The notes beneath the pieces were generated by a model. That model saw only the letters and a program-made list of their open reading frames with translations, was not told the origin of the DNA and searched no databases. The position numbers and the translations under genes were made by a program. This document shows, one piece after another, positions 18,203 to 27,112 of a stretch of 64,000 nt of DNA. Each line of letters begins with the position of its first letter. Positions within the stretch are counted from its first letter, which is position 1. This stretch comes from an uncultured delta proteobacterium. Its GTDB lineage: Bacteria > Myxococcota_A > Polyangia > Haliangiales > Haliangiaceae. Location: NCBI GenBank assembly GCA_963848295.1, contig CAWKDB010000010.1, forward strand, positions 3,648,001-3,712,000, read 5' to 3'.

Positions 18203-19734
18203 CAGTACGACTTGGCCCACACGACCCGCTTCGCGCTCGGCTTGCCGGTGAACGGGCACGTGCCGGGCTCGCCGTCGCCGAGCGGGATGCAGCGCACGGT
18301 GACCTTGAGGTCGTCTTTGATCTGTTGCTCGAGCTCGGTCTCGCCGCTGAAGTGGGTCATCGCGAAGCCGGCGTGGATCGGCGTCGGATCGTTGTCTTTG
18401 TGTTTCTTCGGCTCGGCGAAGAATGCATAGAACTCGTCCTTCGTATCGATCGTCTTGGTGTGCTCCGTGCGATACGCGAGCGCGCGCGCGTACAGCGCAT
18501 CCTGCATGTCGCCCAAGATCGCGCCGATCGTGGCGACGAGCTCGCCGCGCCCGATCGACGCCTTCTCTTTGGGACCCTTGTCGCGCCGGCCCATGAACAC
18601 CGAGTCTTTGTCGATGTCGCGCGGTCCGATCTCGAGGCGCAGCGGCACGCCCTTCTTGATCCACTGCCACGACTTCACGCCGCCGCCGAGATCGCGCTTG
18701 TCGACCTCGATGCGCACCGGCGCTCCCGCGAACGATTGCGCGCGCAGCTCGGCCGCGAGCTTGTCGCAATATTCGAACACGCGAGCGCGATCCTCGGGCT
18801 TCTGAGCGACCGGCAAGATCACCGCATGCGACGGCGCGAGCTTCGGTGGGCACACCATCCCGTCGTCATCGGCGTGCGTCATGATCATGCCGCCGACGAG
18901 CCGCGTCGACACGCCCCACGAGGTCGTCCACGCGTAGGTCGGCACGTTCTTGTCGTCGGTGAACTGGATCCCGGAGGCCTTCGAGAAGTTCTGGCCGAGG
19001 AAGTGCGACGTGCCTGCTTGCAGCGCCTTGCGATCTTGCATCATCGCTTCGATGCAGAACGTCTGGACCGCACCGGGGAAACGCTCGCCCGCGGTCTTCT
19101 CGCCCTGGATCACCGGCATCGCCATGTATTGCTCGGCGAACTCGGCGTAGACGCCGAGCATGCGCATCGTCTCCTCGATGGCTTCGCCCGAGCTCGCGTG
19201 CGCGGTGTGGCCCTCTTGCCAGAGGAACTCGGTCGTGCGCAGGAACAGCCGGGTCCGCATCTCCCAGCGCACGACGTTCGCCCATTGATTGATCAGCAGC
19301 GGCAAGTCGCGATAGCTCTGCACCCACTTCGCGAACGACGCGCCGATGATCGTCTCCGATGTCGGCCGAACGACGAGTGGCTCCTCGAGCTCGCCGGTCG
19401 GCACGAGCTTGCCGTCCTTGAGCTCGAGCCGATGGTGGGTGACGACCGCGCACTCTTTCGCGAAGCCCTCGACGTGAGCCGCTTCTTTTTCGAGAAACGA
19501 CACCGGGATGAACAGCGGAAAGTACGCGTTCTGGTGCCCGGTCGCCTTGAACATACCGTCGAGCACACGCTGGATGTTTTCCCACAGCGCATAGCCCCAC
19601 GGCTTGATCACCATGCAGCCGCGGACGTCCGAGTTTTCGGCGAGGTCGGCGGCCTTGATGACCTCTTGGTACCAATCCTGGTAGTTGTCCGACCTGGTGG
19701 GTGTGATCGCGGTCTGGGGCTTGCCGTTCGACAT
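18202..19734 (-). CDS. proS: Proline--tRNA ligase, eukaryote/archaeal type
   Basis: VRGCMVIKPWG, RPTSET, QWANVVRWE, EFLWQEGHT, QAGTSHFLGQNF, TSWGVSTR; C-terminal AKSY. Confidence 0.97.
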   Translation of the reverse strand: MSNGKPQTAITPTRSDNYQDWYQEVIKAADLAENSDVRGCMVIKPWGYALWENIQRVLDGMFKATGHQNAYFPLFIPVSFLEKEAAHVEGFAKECAVVTHHRLELKDGKLVPTGELEEPLVVRPTSETIIGASFAKWVQSYRDLPLLINQWANVVRWEMRTRLFLRTTEFLWQEGHTAHASSGEAIEETMRMLGVYAEFAEQYMAMPVIQGEKTAGERFPGAVQTFCIEAMMQDRKALQAGTSHFLGQNFSKASGIQFTDDKNVPTYAWTTSWGVSTRLVGGMIMTHADDDGMVCPPKLAPSHAVILPVAQKPEDRARVFEYCDKLAAELRAQSFAGAPVRIEVDKRDLGGGVKSWQWIKKGVPLRLEIGPRDIDKDSVFMGRRDKGPKEKASIGRGELVATIGAILGDMQDALYARALAYRTEHTKTIDTKDEFYAFFAEPKKHKDNDPTPIHAGFAMTHFSGETELEQQIKDDLKVTVRCIPLGDGEPGTCPFTGKPSAKRVVWAKSY

Positions 19735-19763
19735 CGCGAGCGTGCATAGCACTGACGGCCGCG

Positions 19764-21698
19764 TTAAGGGCAGCGATCGGGAATCGTCTGCACGCCGCCG
19801 TCGCCTTTGTTCGCGAGATCGATGTCGAAGAACCATTGCTCGTCGGACAACCACGCGATGCGCGCGACGACATCGCGCGGCGTGCCGGTCGCGAGCGCTT
19901 GCTGCCACACGCCGGCGAACCGGCAGCGCGGGTGATGGATCAACTTCTTGTCGCACGAGTCGCTCGTGACGATGCGCGCGCTGACCTCGCGTGCGCCGAC
20001 CTCGACATGGACGCGGCACGGCAAGTCGACCGGCACGTTGCGCGGCACGTCGGCCGGATGCTTCGACCGCGACGGCGAGCGAAACTCGTATTCGCGATCC
20101 TGGCCATCCATCGTCAGATCGACGTGGCCGTCGGGGAACACCGGATCGAACTCGAAGCTCGTGAGCTGCGCGTCGGGCAGCAGCGTGCGCGCGAGTGCTT
20201 CGGCCTTGCTCAAGTACGCGATCGGATCGAAGTGCTTCGCGTCGTAATCGGCCGGTAGCGTCGCGGTGTCGCTCGCGGGTGGCGGCGTCGTCGGCGCGGT
20301 CGGTGGGGCAGACTGGCCGCCGAGGAATACGTTGTTGCCGATCGTGACGTTCTTGCCTATCACGACGCTCGGATCGGGGGCTGGCGTAGGCGACTTCGGC
20401 GCGGGCGCATGCGCCGGCGGCGCCGGTGGCGGCGTCGCAGGGGTCGGATCCGGCGTTGGCGTAGGCGTAGGCGATTTCGGGCTCGGGCTCGGATCGGGGG
20501 CTCCGCTCGGCGGTGCGGGCGCGACCGGCTCGTCGGCTTTCGCGACCTGGCTCGCGGTCGGCGCGTTATCGCCACGGCGAGTGACGAACGCTCCGATCCC
20601 GATCGCGAGCGCGACGACCGCGAGCGCGACGTAGATCCAGATGCGGCTGCGGGTCGACGTCGTCTTCGGCGCTACCGCGGCCGAACGATATCCGGGCGGC
20701 GTCTGCTGCGGCGTCGGCACGCGCTGCGTGACCACCCCGGTTCGCGTCGACAGCGTGATCCATTGCTCGGGCGGAATGCTCTGCGCCGCCGCGTTCATCG
20801 CGGTCGCCATCGCAGCTGCAGATTGGAAGCGCTGGTCCGGCTGCTTCGCCATCGCCTGCAAGATCACGCTCTCGAGCGCCGGCGGCAGATCCGGCCGGAC
20901 GACGCGCGGCGACGGCGGCGCGTGCTCGAGGTGGGCGCGCATGAGGTCGAACATCGTCGCGCCCGAGAATGGCTGCTCTCCGGTGACCGCTTCGAACAAC
21001 ACGACGCCGGCCGAATAGAGATCGGCGCGGGCATCGACGTTGCCCGAGCCGGTGATCTGCTCCGGCGCCATATAGGCTGGCGTGCCGAGCAGCGCGCCGG
21101 TTCGCGTCCGCGGCGACACGCCCTCGCGCAGCCCGGGCGCGAGCTTCGCGATGCCGAAGTCGAGCACCTTCGCGTGGCCCTCGCCGGTGACGAGCACGTT
21201 GTCGGGCTTGAGATCGCGATGGACGATGCCGATCGCGTGCGCGGCCGCCAGAGCCGACAGGATCTCGCCCATCACCTGCACGACGCCGCCGAGCGGCGCC
21301 CCGCCGCCGCGCACGAGCGACGACAGCGTCTGGCCCGGGATGAACTCCATCACGATGTAAGGCCGGCCGTCGGGCAGCCGCGCGAGATCGAGCACGCCGA
21401 CGATGTGCTCGTGTCGGATCAAGTTGACCGAGCGCGCCTCCGCGAAGAATCGGTCGAGCAGCTCGGCGCTGCGCGCGCACTCTTCCGACAACAGCTTGAT
21501 CGCGACGCGACTGCCGATCGCGGGATGAACCGCGAGATAGACGCGGCCCATGCCGCCTTCGCCGAGCAAGCGGGCGAGCCGGTAGCGATCGATCGTCGAA
21601 CCGAGCAGCGGATCGGTCGCCTCCGCCAGCGCGATGCCATCGGCAGGACACCAGCCCGGAGCGGCCGCGCTCTGTCCGCACTCGGGGCAGACGTGCAT
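19764..21698 (-). CDS. Membrane Ser/Thr protein kinase with N-terminal Cys knuckle and extracytoplasmic C-terminal domain
   Basis: CPECG...CPADG; GEGGMG, HRDLKPDN, DFG, YMAPEQ; TM helix followed by Pro-rich linker. Confidence 0.92.
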   Translation of the reverse strand: MHVCPECGQSAAAPGWCPADGIALAEATDPLLGSTIDRYRLARLLGEGGMGRVYLAVHPAIGSRVAIKLLSEECARSAELLDRFFAEARSVNLIRHEHIVGVLDLARLPDGRPYIVMEFIPGQTLSSLVRGGGAPLGGVVQVMGEILSALAAAHAIGIVHRDLKPDNVLVTGEGHAKVLDFGIAKLAPGLREGVSPRTRTGALLGTPAYMAPEQITGSGNVDARADLYSAGVVLFEAVTGEQPFSGATMFDLMRAHLEHAPPSPRVVRPDLPPALESVILQAMAKQPDQRFQSAAAMATAMNAAAQSIPPEQWITLSTRTGVVTQRVPTPQQTPPGYRSAAVAPKTTSTRSRIWIYVALAVVALAIGIGAFVTRRGDNAPTASQVAKADEPVAPAPPSGAPDPSPSPKSPTPTPTPDPTPATPPPAPPAHAPAPKSPTPAPDPSVVIGKNVTIGNNVFLGGQSAPPTAPTTPPPASDTATLPADYDAKHFDPIAYLSKAEALARTLLPDAQLTSFEFDPVFPDGHVDLTMDGQDREYEFRSPSRSKHPADVPRNVPVDLPCRVHVEVGAREVSARIVTSDSCDKKLIHHPRCRFAGVWQQALATGTPRDVVARIAWLSDEQWFFDIDLANKGDGGVQTIPDRCP

Positions 21699-21788
21699 CG
21701 GCCCGACGGTAACACGCCCCTCGCACGCGACGCCGAAAAGCAAGCGCGCCCGCAGGTCCGAGCGCGCGTCGAGTCGACTTAGCTCAGC

Positions 21789-22478
21789 TCAGGCTGGCGT
21801 CATGCTCGCACCGCCGCCACCGTGCGTGCCGCCGCCGGCTTGCGCCGCGACTTCGGCGGCGAAGTCGGTCTTCTTCTTCTCGAGGCCTTCGCCGAGCTCG
21901 AACCGGACGAAGCGGCGGATCTTGATGTTCTCGCCGATCTTCGAGATCAGCTCGTGCTGGAGCTGCTCGATCGTCTTGTCCGGGTTCTTCACGAAGCTCT
22001 GCTCGAGGAGGCAGATCTCTTTGATCCACTTCGTGATCTGGCCATCGACCATCTTCGCGACGACCGGCTCCGGCTTGCCGCTCTCTTTGGCCTTCGCGAG
22101 CAACACGTCGCGCTCGCGGGCGATGACGTCTTCGCTGACCTCGTCCTTGCGGACGAAGAGCGGCGTCATCGCGGCGATCTGCATCGCGACGTCGCGCGTG
22201 AACGCCTGGAAGTCATCGTTGCGCGCGACGAAGTCGGTCTCGCAGTTGATCTCGACGAGCACGCCGATGCGGCCGCCGCCGTGGATGTACGAGACGACGA
22301 GACCCTCGGTCGCTTCGCGGCCGGCCTTCTTCGCCGCCTTCGCAAGGCCCTTCGTGCGCAGGTAGTCGATCGCCTTCTCCATGTCGCCGGCGCATTCGAC
22401 CAGCGCCTTCTTGCAATCAGACATGCCGGCGCCGGTGCGCTCGCGCAGCTCCTTGATCATGTTCGCAGTGATTTCCAC
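21789..22478 (-). CDS. tsf: Elongation factor Ts (short form)
   Basis: [39 protein letters not shown] start at 22478; 229 aa. Confidence 0.97.
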   Translation of the reverse strand: MEITANMIKELRERTGAGMSDCKKALVECAGDMEKAIDYLRTKGLAKAAKKAGREATEGLVVSYIHGGGRIGVLVEINCETDFVARNDDFQAFTRDVAMQIAAMTPLFVRKDEVSEDVIARERDVLLAKAKESGKPEPVVAKMVDGQITKWIKEICLLEQSFVKNPDKTIEQLQHELISKIGENIKIRRFVRFELGEGLEKKKTDFAAEVAAQAGGGTHGGGGASMTPA

Positions 22479-22483
22479 GGTCG

Positions 22484-23347
<864 letters not shown>

Positions 23348-23494
23348 TTGTCACTCCACCGTTGGTTGCCACCTGCACCGTCGTCGATCGCCGGAAACCA
23401 CGAAGGGCCACGGCCGGAGATCTCGGATGCAGTGAGAATTTCCTGGTTGATCCAGGAGCGAGGCGGTCTACCACGCGCTCGCGCACAGCGGCAA
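23348..23494 (-). promoter_or_regulatory. rpsB-tsf promoter and about 110-nt 5' leader
   Basis: TTGCCG (23494-23489), 18 nt, TGg-TAGACC (23470-23465). Autoregulation of the leader by S2 is inferred from other bacteria. Confidence 0.45.
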
Positions 23495-23519
23495 GGGAGC
23501 TGGCGGGCTCCGGCCCGCC

Positions 23520-23609
23520 GGTTGTCAAAGTGAACACCGTCCCCAGGTAAGACTCAGTTATTATTGGTGTCCGTCGCCGGCTTCGGTTGACAAGTAGAAC
23601 ACCGTCCCC
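23520..23609. repeat. Pair of 25-nt imperfect direct repeats (REP-like)
   Basis: GGTTGTCAAAGTGAACACCGTCCCC (23520-23544) and GGTTGACAAGTAGAACACCGTCCCC (23585-23609), with a related GGTGTCCGTCGCC between them. Confidence 0.7.
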
Positions 23610-24162
23610 CGTGGGCTTCAGTGGCGAGGGCCTTGGCCTCATCTTCGAGTTGGCCATGGCCGTGGGTCTCGCGCTCGTAGGCGGCGAGCGCTGCGAGCGG
23701 GTCGCCGACGCCGGTACGCAGTGCGGTGCGGGCGGCGTCGAGCAGCGAGATCTCTCGCGCGAGGGTCGGCGGTTTCGGAGCGGGCTGCAGGCGCGGCGCC
23801 GGTGGAGCAGGCGCGGTCGGCGCAGCGGTCGGCGCCGGCGCGACAACGCGTGGAGCGGGCGCGGGTACGGGCGCGGGCGCGGGTGCGGGCACGACGGGAG
23901 AAGAATGCGCAGGCGCCGATACGGGCGTGCTCGGCGAGGCGCGGACGGCGAGCGCGACGCCGATCGACGCGGTGCCGGCGACCGCCGCGACGATCATGAC
24001 TTTGACGATGCCGAGCGACGCCTTGACCGCGACGGCGGCACCCGCGCCACCCGCGGTCGTCGCGGCGATCCCCGTTCGCATGCGCGCGATCGTCGCCGGA
24101 TCGGGGGCGAGGCCTTTGCGAGCAGCGTCGAGCAGGGCCTGCACGGTGGGCTCGAACGTCAT
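23554..24162 (-). CDS. Putative anti-sigma factor (TM helix, Pro-rich linker, TPR-like helix), C-terminus possibly truncated
   Basis: Overlaps the ECF sigma stop; [18 protein letters not shown]...[10 protein letters not shown] helix pattern; last codons fall in repeat DNA. Confidence 0.7.
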   Translation of the reverse strand: MTFEPTVQALLDAARKGLAPDPATIARMRTGIAATTAGGAGAAVAVKASLGIVKVMIVAAVAGTASIGVALAVRASPSTPVSAPAHSSPVVPAPAPAPVPAPAPRVVAPAPTAAPTAPAPPAPRLQPAPKPPTLAREISLLDAARTALRTGVGDPLAALAAYERETHGHGQLEDEAKALATEAHGGRCSTCQPKPATDTNNN

Positions 24163-24686
24163 CGGGGGCTCCTAGCCTGCACGGCGGCGGCGAATGCTTC
24201 GCGGGCGAGGCGCAGCCGCGAGTACGCGGTGTTGAGGTTGAGATCGAGCATGCGCGCGACCTCCGGGATCGAGAGCTGCTCGAGCTCGACGAGCGCGAAC
24301 ACGACGCGCTTATCTTCGGTCATTCCGTCGAGGATCTCGGCGACGGTCGCCGCGGCCTGCGCGCGCGACAGCGCCGCGAACGTGTCGGCGCCGCCGGCCG
24401 GTTCGACCTCGAGCGGCTCGGTACGGCGAACGTCGTCGCGCCGGTGGCGCGCGAGCGCCGTGCGGCGGGTGATCTCGAACAGCCACGTCGTGATCGCGGC
24501 GCGGCCTTCGAACTGGGCCAACCGGCGGTGGACGACGACGAACACGTCTTGCACGACATCCTCCAACGCGGCGACCGGGACGCCGAACGTGCGCGCGATC
24601 CGCCACACGAACGCGACGTGCGCCGTGTAGACCTCATCGAAAGTGAGCGCGGGCTCCCCCATGTCGGCGCGCGCGGGTTGGGCCAT
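24159..24686 (-). CDS. ECF-subfamily RNA polymerase sigma factor
   Basis: Region 2 EDVVQDVFVVV...TTWLFEI; region 4 LSIPEVARML...TAYSRLRLAR. Start 24686 or 24662. Confidence 0.92.
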   Translation of the reverse strand: MAQPARADMGEPALTFDEVYTAHVAFVWRIARTFGVPVAALEDVVQDVFVVVHRRLAQFEGRAAITTWLFEITRRTALARHRRDDVRRTEPLEVEPAGGADTFAALSRAQAAATVAEILDGMTEDKRVVFALVELEQLSIPEVARMLDLNLNTAYSRLRLAREAFAAAVQARSPR

Positions 24687-24736
24687 CTCCGGCGTTCGTG
24701 TCGCGAGCGCCGCCGATCCGTCACGCCGACCGACGG

Positions 24737-25654
24737 CTACCATGCGAGCTCGACCCCGAGCGCCGCCCGAGCCGCCACCGGCGACGGCTGGTAGACCTCG
24801 GTCCCGTCGGCGAGCTGGAATCGCGCCCGTTCGAGCGCGGCGAGCGCCTCCACCGAGCCGACGATCGCGACGTTGCCGGTGGCGTGCCAAACGCCGGCGA
24901 CTCCCGCGCCGGTGCCGAGCCACGGGCTCGAGCCCTTGCGCTGGCCGATCGCCGACATGCCGGTGCCCTGCATCGATCCAAGCTCGGTCACCGCCCACAC
25001 GCGCAGCGGCAGCCCGGTCCATTGCCAACCGAGCCGCGCGGTCGCCGCGACGTACGCGATAGAGACTCAATCGACGACACCGTCGAGTTGCTCTGAGCCA
25101 TCGAGCCAGCGCGCGCCGCCGAGCTCGGCGAACCCGTTCTTGCGATGCAGGCTCGCGACGAGCTCGCCGCCGAACCCGACGCCGGGCACGACGCCGACCG
25201 TGCCGAGCGTCGACACGCGCGCGCCGAACGTCCAGGCGCGGCGATGCGGATGCGGAGACGCCGCGGCAGGCACGGCGACGAGATCATCGGCGACCTCGGC
25301 GGGAGGGACGACCGCGACCTCGGGCGGGCGCTTGTCGACCGCGACGCGCGCGACGATCACCGCGATCGCCTCGGCGATCTCTCCGCACGTCGCCGCGCGC
25401 AGCCGGCGGATCTCACCGGACGGCAGCGCGAGCTCGGCGGTGTAGCCGTTCGCGGTGCGCTCGATCGCGGCGGTCACCTCATCGAGGTCGATCGTATCGA
25501 GCGATTCACCGCGCCGGCGCTCGATCCGATGGCGCTCGCCGGCGGCGTCGGGACACCCTGCGGGAGCGTCCCAGCGCATCGGCTCGGCGGTGGCGCGTGA
25601 CGAGAGTGTGAGCGCGACGACGGTCACCGCCAGGCGCGCGCGCGTGGTCGCCAT
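24737..25654 (-). pseudogene. Secreted/outer-membrane protein of the ECF module, interrupted by an in-frame TGA
   Basis: ORFs 25067-25654 and 24737-25000 are in the same frame: ...LDGVVD*VSIAYVAATARLGW... Ends LGVELAW, typical of a beta-barrel terminus. Confidence 0.7.
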
Positions 25655-25735
25655 CCGGTGATGACACGCGTTGACGGCGTGGGTTGCAAGCGAGAAATTG
25701 TGACGGATTTGCGGCGCTCGTCGCACCCACGGACC

Positions 25736-27088
25736 ATGCGCACCACAATCACGTTCATCGTCGCGCTCGCCGCGATCGCCGGATGTCAGCACGACGTGAC
25801 GCTAAGCGTCGCGTCGATCACGAAGAAGATCCCCGAGACCCGGGACCTCGATCTGCTGTTCGTGATCGACGACTCGGGGTCGACCAGCGACAAGCAGGTC
25901 GCGTTTGCGAATAACTTCTCGACGTTCGTCACCGCGCTCGATGCGTTCCCCGCCGGCCGGCCGAACCTCCACATCGGCGTCGTGTCGACCTCGATCGCGA
26001 TCGGCAGCGACGACGACGCGACGTTCGGGCAGGCGTGTACGGCGAGCCCCGGCGAGGACGGCCTCTTGCAGAACACCGCGCGCGTCAGCGGCTGCGCCGC
26101 GCCGAACGGCCAGTTCATCAGCGACATCGCGCTCGCGGACGGCACGCGCGTGACGAACTACACCGGCACCCTCGCCGATACGCTCGCGTGCATCGGCGAG
26201 CTCGGCGAGGCAGGATGCGGCTTCGAGTCGCCGCTCGAGGCGATCAAGCGTGCTCTCGACGGCACACATCCGGAGAACGCTGGGTTCCTCCGCGACGACG
26301 CCGACCTCGGCATCGTGATCCTCACCGACGAGGACGATTGCTCCGCCGATCCATCCTTGTTCGGCCTGTCGGCCCACGACGGCGGGCCGGCGGACATGCG
26401 CTGCGCGATCTACGGCTACACCTGCGACCGGTCGATCGATCCGGCGCTGCCCGGAGCGTACGCGAGCTGCACGCCGACGCTCGGCGGTTATCTGCGCGAT
26501 CCGAGCTCGTATAGCGACTATCTCGCGACGCTCAAGGACCCGTCGCAGACCGTCGTCGCGGTGATCGGCGGCGACGTCACGAGCGGCATCCAGACCGGAT
26601 CGCTCACGATCGACGGTATCACTCAGTCGCTCGCGGTCGAGCCCTCGTGCACCGCGACGATCAACGGCAACCCCGCGGTCGCGCGCCCGGGCATCCGGCT
26701 CGGCGCATTCGCCGACTTGTTCGGCGACCACGGAATCTACGCGACCGTGTGTCAGTCCGACTACAGCGGCGCACTCACCTCGATCGGCGACAAGCTGTTC
26801 ACGATGATGAGCCCATGCCTCGAAGGCGAGGTCTCGACCGTCGACGTCGACGTGACGAACCCTGGCCTCCAGCCGGCGTGCACGGTGACCGAGGACGGCG
26901 TGAAGCTGCCGGCCTGCGCGATGCTCGATGATACGACGCCGGCTCCGAACAGCGCGCAGCCGTGCTGGTGGCTCGAGTCGGATCTCGCGAGCTGCGCCGG
27001 CACAGCGACCGGGCTCAGCCTGCAGATCGAGCGCGAAGCCGGGGCGCCGCCCGACGGGATGCTCACCGTCACCTGCGCGACGCCGTGA
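25736..27088 (+). CDS. Cys-rich VWA-domain lipoprotein (myxobacterial type)
   Basis: Lipobox IAGC; MIDAS motif DLLFVIDDSGS; GCGFESPLEA; FLRDDA...LTDEDDCS. Confidence 0.85.
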   Translation: MRTTITFIVALAAIAGCQHDVTLSVASITKKIPETRDLDLLFVIDDSGSTSDKQVAFANNFSTFVTALDAFPAGRPNLHIGVVSTSIAIGSDDDATFGQACTASPGEDGLLQNTARVSGCAAPNGQFISDIALADGTRVTNYTGTLADTLACIGELGEAGCGFESPLEAIKRALDGTHPENAGFLRDDADLGIVILTDEDDCSADPSLFGLSAHDGGPADMRCAIYGYTCDRSIDPALPGAYASCTPTLGGYLRDPSSYSDYLATLKDPSQTVVAVIGGDVTSGIQTGSLTIDGITQSLAVEPSCTATINGNPAVARPGIRLGAFADLFGDHGIYATVCQSDYSGALTSIGDKLFTMMSPCLEGEVSTVDVDVTNPGLQPACTVTEDGVKLPACAMLDDTTPAPNSAQPCWWLESDLASCAGTATGLSLQIEREAGAPPDGMLTVTCATP

Positions 27089-27112
27089 CCCGCGCTCGGG
27101 TATCGTGCGCGC

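Noticed and set aside
18202..22478. Eukaryote-type ProRS and short EF-Ts as novelties
   Set aside because: Both variants are well known in many bacteria.
25067..25069. Selenocysteine or genome-wide TGA recoding
   Set aside because: No redox-motif context or convincing SECIS; TGA terminates many genes here, including frame-verified tsf and proS.
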